In this document: piece after piece, positions 35,930-49,140 of the stretch | How the letters are laid out: each line of letters opens with the position of its first letter | Position numbering within the stretch: the first letter of the stretch is position 1 | Assembly (NCBI GenBank): GCA_963514005.1 | Contig: OY740820.1 | Span: 17,546,001 to 17,610,000, forward strand | Reading direction: 5' to 3' | From: Raja brachyura | Lineage: Eukaryota | Length of the DNA: 64,000 nt | Translations under genes and position numbers: made by a program | Notes under the pieces: model-generated | Told to the model about the DNA's origin: nothing | The model's input: the letters and a program-made list of their open reading frames with translations, nothing else | The model's database searches: none

Positions 35930-36552
35930 ATAGAAACATAGAAACATAGAAATTAGGTGCAGGGGTAGGCCATTCGGCCCTTCGAGCCTGCACCGCCATT
36001 CAATATGATCATGGCTGATCATCCAGCTCAGTATCCCGTACCTGCCTTCTCTCCATACCCTCTGATCCCCTTAGCCACAAGGGCCACATCTAACTCCCTC
36101 TTAAATATAGTCAATGAACTGGCCTCAACTACCCTCTGTGGCAGAGAGTTCCAGAGACCCACCACTCTCTGTGTGAAAAACGTCCTTCTCATCTCGGTCC
36201 TAAAGGATTTCCCCCTTATCCTTAAGCTGTGACCCCTTGTCCTGGACCTCCCCAACATCGGGAACAATCTTCCTGCATCTAGCCTGTCCAACCCCTTGAG
36301 AATTTTGTAAGTTTCTACAAGATCCCTTCTCAATCTCCTAAATTCTAGAGAGTATAAACCGAGTCTATGCAGTCTTTGTTCATAAGACAGCCCTGACATC
36401 CCAGGAATCAGTCTGGTGAACCTTCTCTGCACTCCCTCTATGGCAATAATGTCCTTCCTCAGATTTGGAGACCAGAACTGTACGCAATACTCCAGGTGTG
36501 GTCTCACCAAGACCCTATACAACTGAAGTAGAACCTCCCTGCTCCTATACTT
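35930..36552 (-). mobile_element. Young CR1 subfamily A 3' fragment with open ORF2 C-terminus
   Basis: Uninterrupted ORF ...[23 protein letters not shown]...GYGEKAGTGY; (TTTCTATG)n tail. Confidence 0.95.
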
Positions 36553-37119
36553 CCAGCTATTATATAAATGCATTTTGCTGTGGTAATTCCATTTTAATGA
36601 TAAAAGATCCTCAAAGGAATCATTATATAAACTGTATTGTAAAATAAAAATGCCTACATTTTAATTTTTTTTATTCTTTGGTTTTCTTGTATCAGTAAAA
36701 CAGTGTAGGCCACATTCCAATCCTTGTCATTTCAATGTCAAAAACATTATTTTGTATGCATTTTACAACTTTAATGGAAACCAATTGAAGAACTACAATC
36801 GCGTCAACTACAGTAAGAGCTAAATTCAAAAATAGCAGCATTGTTGAAATCATTTTATTTGGACTGAGGAACCACGAATCATTTTTCCATTCTGCAAACT
36901 TATTTGTGCAAGAATATGAAATATTCTTCTTTTGCATTATATCATTTTTCATGCAAGCAACAATAAAGTGTGCAGCACAAAGAGTCCAGAACCTATTAAT
37001 TTTTCACTTTCTCTTTCAAAACCTTCAGTACATAACATGCAGAACACAAAGAATATAATGTTACCCAATTCTTTAAGACAGAATTAATAGTTGTGAAAAT
37101 ATGATTTGATTTTTAACGG

Positions 37120-37515
37120 GATTTAGGCACAGCCAACAAGGACAGAAATTAAGTCTCATCCGTAAATGACAGAGAAGGTTGTGAACAGCTTTCTTGAACT
37201 GCTGCAATCTACCTGATGAATGGGTAAGAATGTTTGCCCATATTGCTGGGAGGAGATTTAAACCCAATGACGAAGGGACAGTAATGTCAGAATGGTCTAC
37301 TTTAGTTTTAGTTCATAGATATACAGCATGGAAAAAGGCTCTTCGTCCCACCGAGTTTGTGCCGACCAGCAAATGTGTAGGAGTCACTGTGGCGGATGTT
37401 CATGTTAAAATGTGTTTTTGAGTCTGTTGCTTTTAATTGTTTGACTGACCTGGCCAGTGAAATTCCTCGTATGTTGCAAAACATACTTGGTGAATAAAAT
37501 CTGATTCTGATCTTT
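37120..37515. mobile_element. Composite: old LINE tail (-), SINE tail (-, 37300-37372), LINE tail (+, 37373-37515)
   Basis: Matches to 3080-3200, to 29180-29235, and an aataaaatctgattctgat tail. Confidence 0.55.
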
Positions 37516-38926
37516 GTATCAATATACACCAAGCGCACACACATAACATTATCACCATTAATAACTTTTCATTACAGAAGTTTGGCAAAATCCTCTCTCT
37601 CTCTCTCACACACACACATGAACTGGTCTCATGTTTTACAATGCTAAACAATGTCCTGTTACCATATTTCAATTTGTAACTTCTGTGATTAGTCATACCT
37701 TTGTCTTCTTCATTATAATTACCTAATTAATTATGTCTAAACCATCATCAGGTCTTTTATTTTGAGAGAAAATAAAACTGATGGTCCCCAAGATAGAAAC
37801 AAAAATAAATATACTACAATTATCCTGGGGCACTTTAAATATTTTTTTGAATTTGTTCAGTTAGGATACATCTCCTCCGAAGAATATAACCTCAAATATT
37901 TAAATTCTGCAGCCTGTTATAAACACTCTTTTTTCACTTTTACAAACTCCTGCACATCTTCTAGTATGACAATTAACAAATTGTACACAATCTGACCTGA
38001 CCCAGGCACTTCTCAAACCAAAATTTCTCAGTTCAGTCATTGGAAAGTGCTGGATCAGGGCAAACAGGGCAGTGATGGTTTTAAGGTCATGCTTTTTCTG
38101 GCTCTTCAACAAAAAAAAATCAAACTACTTCTGAGATCACATCAAGCAATTGTGGCAACATATAATGTTATTCTCTGCCATTTTCAAATCAGAAGAATGC
38201 TCTGACTGAAAATATTGACATATTCACCTATTCCTTCTCTCCATAGATGCTGCCTCACCAGCTTTTTTTGTCTACCTTGGAATTGCTAAGTCACTTTTAT
38301 ACTGTTGCTGCTTTTCTAAACTTTGAGATGTTAGTGGATTTCAATGTCATTTCCAAGGAAATTATTTCACACTTTAATATTTCCCCCAAAACAAATCTTG
38401 CTCATTTCCTTTCTTACAGCATCATAATCTCATCAAGAGGCTTTTGTTCTGTGAAAGTCAAGGATTCCCACAGTTAAATTGATTTGTAGATGTAGTACAT
38501 GAAATGTTCATGCTCATTGTTCAGTCACCACTAACCATTTCTTAATCGTGTAATATGGTCAACTGTGCAGATACTTTCATTTTTTAAACACAATGTTACT
38601 GGCTGCAAAAACAATCTGCACAATACAGAGAATGGAATAAAGGCTCCATTTCTATATCTATTTTGTCACATTTCATCCTTTACAATTTCTACAAGGATTC
38701 AATTAAAGCTTCTCACTGCTTCACAAATGGTTCAAAATTATGTTCCTCTCAAATTATCTCTTTGCATTGTGCTCTTCACTGGCACAATGAAATAAAAGAG
38801 GGCATGTTGCTAACTAAAGAGGCCGAAAATCCAAGCATCTTTTATTAAATGCAGAAGACAAATGTTAAAATCTTCAACTGTAGATAAAAATTCAAACACA
38901 ACACCAAGAGCACATAATCTAGAACA

Positions 38927-39442
38927 AGGGGCTGTCCCACTGCAGCGACCTAATTGGAGAGTTTAGAAGAGTTTGCCCTCAACTCATACTCACAGCATGG
39001 TCGACACGAGGTCCTAGAGGTCTTTGTAACTCTCCTTGATGCTCGAGAGTAGTCCCTGCGTACTCGAGGCCTCAGATAAGTCGCGGCGTATTTTTCAACA
39101 TGCTGAAAAATGCCCTGAGTAAAAAAAGGTCGCCATGGGAAAATCAAATTTTTTTTTTTTACTCGTAGGTTTAGTCGAGGTAGGCCGTAGTAGGTCGGCA
39201 TGTTAGTCGTAGGTAATCAAGGATAGTCGAAGGTAATCGAAGGTAGTCGTAGATAGTCTTCAACATAGTCGCAGGAAGGTCGAAGGAGATCACTATTCGG
39301 TGTCCAATTTTCACGAAGCTAGTCGAACCTAGTCTTCAACATAGTCGGAAGTCTTCTACATAGTCGAAGGTGGTCTTCAACACAACACTTCTTCAAACTC
39401 TCCTAAACTCGCCAATCGGGTCACCGCAGTGGGACAGCCCCT
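38927..39442. mobile_element. PIF/Harbinger-type MITE with internal short tandem motifs
   Basis: TIRs AGGGGCTGTCCCACTGC / GCAGTGGGACAGCCCCT; flanks ACA / TCA. Confidence 0.85.
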
Positions 39443-39740
39443 TCACTCGCAGCCTTGTTTGTAGCTCTGCTAATCTGCCCAAATCATTTCCCCCTTCCTT
39501 TTGGATTTCAAATGCTGGAAAATTCATTCTTTTGTTTCATAGTACAGGCCAAAAGGCAAAGTGGTGGTCAACAGCTCCAGGAAAAAAAGACAAGATCCAA
39601 TCTTATCATTTTAAGTTAAAAAAATACAATGTACCTGAAGAAAATGCAGTTCTATGCAGTTTCATGCATCATTACTTCTCAATAAAATCAACAATTTAAC
39701 ACAGTAACAGAGCTGGAGCAAAGCATTTGCAACTCTGTTA

Positions 39741-39972
39741 AGCCCCTGTCCCACTTGGCCGACCTTTTTTTAAAACTCGTGGACATTTTTTTTAGCAGGT
39801 TGAAAAAACGGCGCGACCTACTTGAGGCCACGAGTGCGCGCAGACCACTCACGAGCATGAGGAACAGTTAACAAAGACCTCCCATGACCTCGTGGCGACC
39901 ATGCTGCGAGTATGAGTCAAGGACAAACTCAGCAGAGGTCAGCAATTAGTTTGTACAAGTGGGACAGGCCCT
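39741..39972. mobile_element. PIF/Harbinger-type MITE, 232 bp
   Basis: TIRs AGCCCCTGTCCCACTTG / CAAGTGGGACAGGCCCT; perfect TTA TSD. Confidence 0.88.
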
Positions 39973-41214
39973 TTACACTGTTCTTGATGAACAGCGATGA
40001 ATGTAGCTATAGGCCACCAGACACTTCAGCTTGCACTGCTTGTTGGCACCATATGGTGTAATCATAGCAATGGCTTCAAGTAATGATCTTGAAAACAGTT
40101 AAGATTCCATGCAAGAAAATTCACCTGAACATTTGTAATTTAGTCAGGTTGAAAGATGCTGCATTTCCAAATATATTTCCATAACCTGAAGGTCGTTACT
40201 GATCATTAGCTCAAGTAGCTGGGGAATATTCATCAAACGATCCCCGAACATTATAACAATCTTGCATTCAGGAAATGTCTATATAAGAAACTGAACATTA
40301 TAAGCTGTAGAACAGAAGGCAGAACCACATAACATTTCAAATTATATTTATGACATTTTTTAAGTGCCAACTAAGGGAAGCATTATTAATGCTACAAGTG
40401 TCAAAATAAACTTTCCTTGTTGTGTATTGTGTTGAAAGAGTATCTTGCATAAAAGTGAAGAGACAAGATATGGCTTCTCAATTAACACAGGGGTCATATT
40501 AGATGCACACATTCTAAACTTGTTCTAAACACTCGGGGAGACGGTGAGAGCTGGGGTTGTGTCAGCCAGTCCGTCAGCCATATCTGACATCTTTTATAAG
40601 GGGTCGTTAAAACAAGCATTTTACTGAGATACCTTTTGCTGTGTGCTAACCAGTCAGTTATTTCAGTCAAATAACCAGTTATTTGAACATTCTAAAAGAT
40701 ATGCAGGAATAAAATAGTTCCAAACATGAAAGCTATTGCATCGCCCGTGAAGGTTCATCATTATAGTCAAGATTGTAATGATGATTATTTCCGACATACT
40801 TGAACGTACAAAATGCAAATACCCAATGAAAGTCTAAACTCTTGTTAACATTTCAGGGGGGGGGGGGGGGGGGGGTAAAAATGTCCATGCATGCATAACC
40901 TCAATTAAAATTGAAAACACCAATATGAAGTCGCTTAATTTTATTTTAATGAAACCATTTGTCTTGTATCGTGTTTTTTTTTTTTTAAATGGCGAAATCC
41001 CAGCATTGGCTAAAAGATGGAAAAGCAGCACTGTGTAATCAAAGCTTACAATTGGTCACAAAGGGTCTCTACCTGAAACGTCGCCCATTCCTGTTCTCTA
41101 GAGATGCTGCCTGTCTCGCTGAGTTACTCCAGCATTTTGTGTCTACCTTAGTTTATAATTGCTCATTGACTTAAAAAGCAACGTTGGTATCACGATTTAT
41201 TTTCACTTTCACCA

Positions 41215-41345
41215 CCTGGTGGCGCCGTACATGGCAGCCTCGCCGACAGCCTGCCTCGTCCCTTTCTTATTTTGTTGTTTTTATTCTGATTTTACTTGTA
41301 TGTTTTAGTGTCTTTAGTTTTTGTTTTATGTGGGGGTGGAGGTAG
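41215..41345 (+). mobile_element. 5' head of the GC-rich retroelement family
   Basis: ggcgccgtacatggcagcc...T-rich...ttttatgtggggg matches the reverse complement of 31730-31859. Confidence 0.6.
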
Positions 41346-42205
41346 GAAATTGTACAATTTGCAAGATTTCAGTGTTTTTTTTAAAATCTGATAACATGTT
41401 GCCTGTGACAAAACACAATAGCAGGTGGTTTCCTGGTTCCTCGAGCCTCCCCTGCTAGTTCATATGATCATGGATGACCTTCCCAGACATCAACTCCACT
41501 TCTATGTCAGTTTCTCACTGACTTCCATACCCCAATCTTTCAAGAATTAATTTACTTAATCTTTAAATATCTCCAATGATCTAACCTCCACAACCCTCTA
41601 TTACAGAATTCTAAAAATAGTCTAGTTTGTAGGGATATTTTTTTATGTGTGAGTGCGAGTGCGTGTGTGCTCCCTCTTGATCTTATAACCGACTCTGTAT
41701 TAACAATTCTGGTGTTCATTTAATGCTCAAAACTGTACACAGATGAAGGATTTCTTAAAATATACCTGCAGGCCAATACGGTGTGCAGATGGAATCGTGG
41801 CTTCTATTTTAGCTCTCAATACAGTATATAAGCTCTGTTTTTATCTCATTAGTTCTGCCTCAACTTCTCATTATATATCATGTATCATGCTTCCTTTCAG
41901 GAGGTGGTACATTTCAAACATTAATAAATCATCATCTATTGTCATCCAATTGATTTAACAAACACAACTCCGCAAGTGCTATATTTATTTCACTATAAAT
42001 GTAAAGTTGACAGGTTTGAAGCGTTTCAAAATCGCACAAATCTGGTACGTAGTTCAAGCTATTTTGCCAAATTCTTGGGTACGATTATAATAATCAATTT
42101 GTTCTTTTTCATGGCAATAAACAATCAAAGATTGCTAAGTTTATATTTGTGATATCTAATACTGTACTTAAATCAGCTCTATCTCACATATACATCAATG
42201 AATCA

Positions 42206-42555
42206 ATACTAGCTGGAATTTAGGAGATTGAGGGGGGATCTTATAGAGGCTTACAAAATAGAGGCTTACAAAAAGAATAAGGGGGAAGTCTTTTAGGACC
42301 GAGATGAGATCTTTTTTCACACAGAGAGTGGTGAGTCTGTGGAATTCTCTGCCACAGAAGGTAGTTGAGGCCACTTCATTGGCTATATTTAAGAGGGAGT
42401 TAGATGTGGCCCTTGTGGCTAAAGGGATCAGGGGGTATGGAGAGAAGGCAGGTACAGGATACTGAGTTGGATGATCAGCATGATCATATTGAATGATGGT
42501 GCAGGCTTGAAGGGCCGAATGGCCTACTCCTGCACCTATTTTCTATGATTCTATG
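42206..42555 (+). mobile_element. CR1 subfamily A 3' end with internal deletion
   Basis: Matches the reverse complement of 35930-36360 except for a gap of about 80 bp near 42273. Confidence 0.9.
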
Positions 42556-44349
42556 AAAAGGACAGCAAATGTGCGAGAACAAAAAGGGGCAATTTTCTGG
42601 AATGTCATCTGTTAAAAATCATTGATTTGAAATGTTAATTCTGTTCTGCTCACAATGCTTACTGACTTGCTCAGTACTTCCATCATGTTCTGCTTTCCTT
42701 CAGAATCATGGTTGTTTCATTACAATCAAGAGGTATGACCATTTCATACCCAAAAAGTGAATGAAGTTCATCAAGAGAGTAAAGCCCATTCCCATTACAA
42801 ATGTATTGCAGCCGTTTTGCAGGGAAAGTGATCCTCAATAGTGTGCTTAAAGTTGAAATAATCTTGATAATACTGACTCATAATCTAGCAAATAAAACTG
42901 AAATATATTGAGAGTACTTTCTTATTTCCAATTGTAATTCAAACATTTAAATGATATCGATCATGATGCTTTGGTAACAAATTCTGATAACGCAACACTT
43001 TATTATGTTAATCTGAGGGTCTTCGTATTTTACCCAAAAACCTGTGCAAACGAATTTGTTCAAGGATTAAACACAATGCTCTCAAAACTGCAATATTTAA
43101 TAGGAAATACCACAGCTGATTTTCAAACATTAAAAAAGCCATAAGCCTGAAATAGATGTGGAATTGCTTAAGAGGATAATATTCATTTTGTACACATAAC
43201 AGACATATTGTTAACAAACCATTTTGAGGAACGGATCTTATTTTCATTTGCCAAATGCAATGCAAGCACTGAACCAATTCCCAGTCAACGAATTGAAGGG
43301 TTTGGGGAATATCTGAATCTCCTGGTGGTTTGAAAGGAAGGATGCTGAAGGTAAAAAGTAGTTGGCAAGAATATTATAGACCCAGGAGGACTATACTCAT
43401 ATTAGAGCTGGTGCATTTTGTGGGTGTTTTTAGGGAGTTAGTACCTGTCCATTCATGGGCAATTGGTCAACCAGTGCGCAGACCATGCCTAGCAGCAGCC
43501 TGCTCATTGGTACATGTTAATTGTATAGGTAGGACTCTTAATAGAAATCTGCAAATGAAGGATATCAGCTGCTCCTTTCAAGGACAGATTTTAGAAAATG
43601 GTGACAACCATGTCCACAGTGATATAAAGCTGGAAAACACAGCACAATAGGTTTCAGGATACTATAACCCAATTCCCAATGGTGATGATAACCAGCACTA
43701 TCTCTGCATCAATTATTAGACACTCACTGATTATCCAACATTCTCTATTGGAGAAGTATAGGTATTTAATAGCCAGCCATAATTATAAGTGTAATTTCGG
43801 AGTTATACAATTTGTTTCCTCCAGAGATGTAAATGATATTATGTGCAAGTTATTGCTATCGATATTTATACAGTACCTCAGCAACAGTTGCTAAATATAA
43901 AAATGCATACCACAAATATTTTAAATTTAGACCCACTGGACATTTTATACTATTTGCCTGTCTGAAGGTTTAATGAAAAAGTGCATTCAATGACAAAAGA
44001 TTTCAATCCACATCACATAGTCACATTCATAATTAATTTAATGGATGCTAAAATTCAAAGGCCATGGAAATGATAAAAGAGAATTTTCGCCAACAACTGT
44101 TCAGCATCAAATTACTGGTGTCTAGACATGTCAGAATGTACTTTAATACTTATTGTAATTTGCATGCCTGCCTAAACAGTCTGATGGCCTGATGCCATTC
44201 AACAGCGATACCCGCTACCGATTCAACAGAAATGTTAGTAACACATTTATGCTTGCAGTGCTAGCAATATCATATAATAGATTTCCCAGTTTGACTAGGT
44301 TTCTCTTCAATGACAAAGCCCAGAAGTTCAATGATCAGAGAATAATAAT

Positions 44350-44900
44350 ATTAAAGAGCTAGGCTGGAGACTTAGCAAATAGGTAGCAAATCAAACTTAA
44401 AATGTTGAGAATTGGGAATTGCTACATTTTAATAGGAAGAAAGAGAAGGGGGAACATAAACGAGATGGCACAATTTAAAAAAAGGTACAATAACAAAGAG
44501 ATTAAGGGATGGATGTGCAGGTTGAGACACTGGTTAATACAGCATGTGGTACTCCTGGGTTTTATAAATAGAATAATAGAATACAAGTGCAAATAAGTCA
44601 CAATGGACTTTTAAAAACACTGGGTCAGCCATATGTGAAGTTGGCCAAGTGTAACTGCCACATTTCAGGAAACTCTTTACTGAATAAACAGAGGAGATTT
44701 ACTGAAAAGAATACAGGGATAAGGGAATTTAGCTCTGTGGATAAACAGATTAATGTTATATTGTTTTTCATGGAATAGAGCAGATTGCAAATGGATCTGG
44801 TAGTTATTTAAAATTATACAGGTACTGGAATGAATAGATTCAGATAAACTGTTACCATTGGTGAAAGGGACAAGAGCAAGGGGGAAATAAAGATGATGGG
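44350..44900 (+). mobile_element. Old CR1 fragment
   Basis: Degenerate LGFINRIIEYK...QRRFT motifs. Confidence 0.55.
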
Positions 44901-45039
44901 ACAAGCTATAAATTGCACTTTTGTGATTTCGTTTCTGCTACATTGACAAATCATGTCAAGTTTCTACAAGGAAAAATATCCCAAAATATGAAGCCAGAAG
45001 GCTTCCTTGAACTGGCGTAATATGATTATGAATAATCTT

Positions 45040-45660
45040 TTCCTTCGTGTCCACCTCTGGTCAAAAGACAAAAATCCATACATCTCAGCCCTTAATCTAA
45101 CAATCGACTGAGCAACCAAAGGCTGCAACTCCCGGTATAATTCAGACACGTGGACCAATAATGGAAGGCATCTCAAAGCACTCAAGAATACAAACAATAT
45201 TCTCTCTACAAAGTCCTACAAATCCATTGGCAGGGAAGTGAAGCAATATCAGTGTTCTCTCCCAAGCCAACATCCGCAGCACTAAGGCACAGTTGTCAAA
45301 CAGCTCTGGCATGCAAGCCATATTGTCTGCATGCTTGACATCATCCTTGCAAAACCAGTATTTTCAGCCAACCTTTGACACAACCAGGGAACTCCAGGAG
45401 GAAGAGGAAATGATTCAAGGATGTTCCAAAACTATTCTTGAAAATAATGCAACATCCTGAACACAAGGGAATCAAATGCTCAAAATAAAGGAAGAGCACC
45501 TGGAAAGTCACCAAGCACCTTGAGTCTCCACAATAGAAGAAGTCATTTTCAAATGTACAGGGTTTATGAGCAACAACCCAAACTACCTATCAGCTTCACC
45601 AAACTCCTGGCACATCACCAACAAATTCCATTTTGGAACCAGAGTTAGAACAAACGAACC
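45040..45660 (+). mobile_element. RTE (BovB-like) LINE remnant
   Basis: Degenerate SDTWT...RHLKALK...VLQIHWQ...ISVLSQANIRS...HIVCMLD...PGG motifs of the RTE C-terminus. Confidence 0.65.
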
Positions 45661-45689
45661 GGTGTAGGCAAAAACTCTGGGACGACAGC

Positions 45690-45945
45690 ACCTGTGGAAC
45701 AGCATCCCTCTTTCCATCAGAGCTGCCCCCTCCATCGACTCCTTTAAGTCGAGACTAAAAACTCATCTCTACTCCCAAGCCTTTCTTGACGTCCTCTGAG
45801 TGAGGGCTATATGTATGTGGTGATGTTTGTATTTAATCTATGAACCACTGTTGTTTGTTATACTATTCTTATACCAATGTAAAGCACTTGGGCAAACGAG
45901 AGTTGTTTTTTAAATGTGCTATATAAATAAAAGTGACTAGACTTT
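45690..45945 (+). mobile_element. L2 LINE 3' end
   Basis: LWNSIPLSIRAAPSIDSFKSRLKTHLYSQAF, tail tgtaaagcact...gtgctatataaataaa. Confidence 0.85.
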
Positions 45946-46829
45946 GACGATCATGAGGAACAAGATATGTTTAGATTCATGAACGAGCACAAGAAGATCC
46001 TTCTGTGTGATCACATATACTCGTTCTTCATTGTTTAAAGCAGTATTCAGATTGTCCATTTTTCCCATTTAAGACACAAATTTAAACTCCATCTACCCAC
46101 CTCCCTCCTCATCTGTTATCTTTGTATATCTCACTTTACACCTGGAGTTTCCCTAATTTTCCTACCTAGCTTTGTATCTCCAGCAAATAGGGATACAGCG
46201 TACTGTCTCCCAATTTAGGAATACAGCAGAGTCTCCTAATTAAAGTTATTTATATCAATTAAAGTTGAAGCATACGACATATGCACATGACACTGCATTA
46301 ATTAATAGTTTGCAAGCTTGAAAACAGTATGTTTATTCTTGGTTTATGTTTTCTGGGTTCAACCATTCTGCTATAATCCATGCATTGATGAACCATTGTC
46401 TTCCCACATGTTGGAACTCTCACCCTTCATGATAGAGGCCACAGATTTTGAATGCTTTGATATGATGCAAAATGTTAAAATGAAAGAAGAGAAAGATGAA
46501 AGAAGAGAAGATGAAAAAAAGCAGACAAACACCAACAGAAAAATATTAAATGACAAACCTGGTACGAGAAAGCCTCTTTCAGTTATATTTGCACCAAAGA
46601 AACAGACAGAAAGACTGAAAGATGGACATAACTATGATTTTTTTTCCCTCTTATTCATCAGCATCCAATATGGAAAGCCAAAAATAGACAGATTGCTGGA
46701 TCTCTTTACTCATTACTGGAACAACTCAGTGGGCCGGGCAGTATCTCTTCCAGAACGGAGGAGACGTTTCAATAGAAGGATCCTGACCCAAACCACCATC
46801 CATCCATGTCCTCCACAGATGCTCAGAAG

Positions 46830-47075
46830 TTCATAAGTCTTAGGGACAGAAGTAGACCATTCGGCCCATCGAGTCTACTCCGCCATTCAATCATGGTTAA
46901 TCTATCTTTCCCTCTCAACCCCATTCTCCTGCCTACTCCCATAACCCTTGACACACTTACCAATCACGTATCTGTCAATCTCCGCCTCACAATACCCATT
47001 GACTTGGCCTCCACAGTTGTATGTGGCAATTAATTCCTCAGATCAACCACTCTGACTAAAGAAATTCCCCCTCAC
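46830..47075 (-). mobile_element. CR1 3' end
   Basis: Similar to 26725-26990. Confidence 0.8.
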
Positions 47076-47089
47076 CCCCTATCTTTTAT

Positions 47090-47570
47090 TCTCTCCACAT
47101 TTCCATCATCACTACCATTTACCTACACACTAACCTTCTCGCCCACAGATTCTGGGGGCGTCAGTGAAAAATGGAGGATCAGGGGAAACATATGCAGTCA
47201 TGGGGAGAACATACAAACTCCTGACAGGCTGCACCGAAGGCCAAGACTGAACCCAGCTTAACTGGTGCTGGGACACTCAGTTGCCAGGGTTTAGTAGGAA
47301 AATTGCCCCTAGAATAATGTGGTATATGGGATGGGGTTTAAATTGGGTAGAATGTGATGAGAATATAAGAGGATTCCAGTCTGAAGAAGGGTCTCGACCT
47401 GAAACGTCGCCTATCTCCTTCGCTCCTTAGATGTTGCTGCACCCGCTGAGTTTCTCCAGCTTTTTGTGTAACCCCCAGAGGGTTAGTGTAAATGGGTGCT
47501 TTGCAGCAGGCATGGACTTGGTGGGCCAAAGGGCCTGCTTCCCTGAAGCATTTCTCTATAATTCAATGAC
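47090..47570. mobile_element. Two HE1-like SINE pieces in opposite orientation with a nested Penelope-derived unit (47376-47470, +)
   Basis: SINE motifs on both strands; insert CAGTCTGAAGAAGGGTCTCGACCTGAAACGTC. Confidence 0.65.
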
Positions 47571-47899
47571 AAATACATCTTGTGTATTTTTCAAACAGAT
47601 GATGAACAGGTGCAAGGGTAAAGATATTTAAACCTGCTATTTTATTGTTGAGTTGATGTTTGGTTGTTTCTTATTCCTATTCACTTGTAATTTGCATTAC
47701 AATGTGTTTCCTGCTGTTCATATCCTCGATTAGATTTGAAACATCTGGAAAACATTTCCTTTATACTCCCAAACTTTGGCAACTACAATATAGTGTTTTC
47801 CAGTTTTATGGAGCCCCAGGGTCTTGAAAGCCTTCACATCAACAAAGGCATCGCTATCTTTTTATATGATAAAAGAATACTGAAAGAACAAACAAAAAT

Positions 47900-48075
47900 A
47901 GTTTAGGTTTATTTTTGTCACATGTGCTGAGGTACAGTGAAAAGCTTTGTTTTTCATGCTATCCAAACCGATCAGATATACCACACATACATACAATCAG
48001 GCCAAACTCAACTTGATAGAGCAAGAGGAAGATACGGAGTGCAGAATATAGTTCTCAGCATTGTAGTGCATTACA
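47900..48075 (-). mobile_element. Rex/Babar-type 3' tail
   Basis: tttatttttgtcacatgtgctgaggtacagtgaaaagcttt resembles the reverse complement of 3485-3550. Confidence 0.65.
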
Positions 48076-48403
48076 TCCATGTTCAATATGGAAGCTCCAA
48101 TTGTCCACCAGTATATATCATCCTCTCCACTTCTTAGATCAAATTCCGACATGTTTTATTTGTGTTTGTTGCTCTGGTTAAGCATTTCCCTCCCTATAAT
48201 TCTGCCAAATTTTCTGTTAGCAGTTGAGCTGCTAAAGATAAAAATATATCTAGGTGGACTACTTCTCAAGCCACTGATGACTCGTTTCAACTACGCAATT
48301 AAGTTAGCAGTTATGTAGTGCACAATTTTAAACCATCTTATGAGGAATGCCAGAGATCAAAGTAAGTTGTAAATGGCATGAATGAACAAGGTACTGTAGC
48401 TAA

Positions 48404-48616
48404 AGATAGACACAAAAATGCTGGAGCAACTCAGCGGTACAAGCAGCATCTCTAGAGAGAAGGAATGGATGACATTTCGAGCCTCAGTCTGAAGAAGGGT
48501 CTCAACTGAAACATCACCAATTTTTTTCTCTCCAGAGATGCTGCCTGTCTCGCTGAGTTACTCCAGTATTTTGTGTCTATCTTTGATGTTATCCAGCATC
48601 TGCAGTTCCTTCCTAC
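48404..48616. mobile_element. Palindromic Penelope-derived repeat
   Basis: aaagatagacacaaaaatgctggag / ctccagtattttgtgtctatcttt arms. Confidence 0.8.
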
Positions 48617-49004
48617 AGTATGGTAGCTTTTTGGTTGTGATGGAAGATGCTTATTTTTAAATATGGCCTTGCCTACATGCTGCTGCACACAAGAATGAAA
48701 CTGTGATTGACTTACTTATTAGGAAACTGAATAGCACAAGGACTTCAAATAATCTAAAAGTGATACCGAGTACAACATAGAAAATTAAGCACAAATGAAA
48801 AGAGCCAATGATGATGATTTTTCATTCCAGGATTGTACTAGCATGTGCTTTCTAACATGGGAAAAAGTATTTTGTTCAAAAAAATACAAATTCACTAACA
48901 TAGGTTGATCAATACATTAAGAATATTTGGCAGAATTATAGGAAGGGAAATGCTTTAACTTATATCAAATTAAATCTAACCTAATTATTATTCATTACGT
49001 TTAA

Positions 49005-49140
49005 TGACAGGGATGTATGGGGGTAAAAAAAGGCAGGAACGGGGTACTGAGTGTGGATAATCAGCTATGATGACCAACAATGAATGGCGGTGCTGGCTTG
49101 AAGGGCTGAATGGCCTACTCCTGCACCTACTGTCTATTGA
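49005..49140 (+). mobile_element. CR1 3'UTR fragment
   Basis: gcaggaacggggtactga...ggcctactcctgcacct. Confidence 0.8.

Noticed and set aside
39160-39380. CRISPR-like repeated units
   Set aside because: Units are 9-15 nt, irregular, lack unique spacers, and sit inside a eukaryotic MITE.
46318-46836. 172-aa ORF
   Set aside because: Non-ATG start, low-complexity A-rich middle, ends in repeat sequence, no domain recognised.
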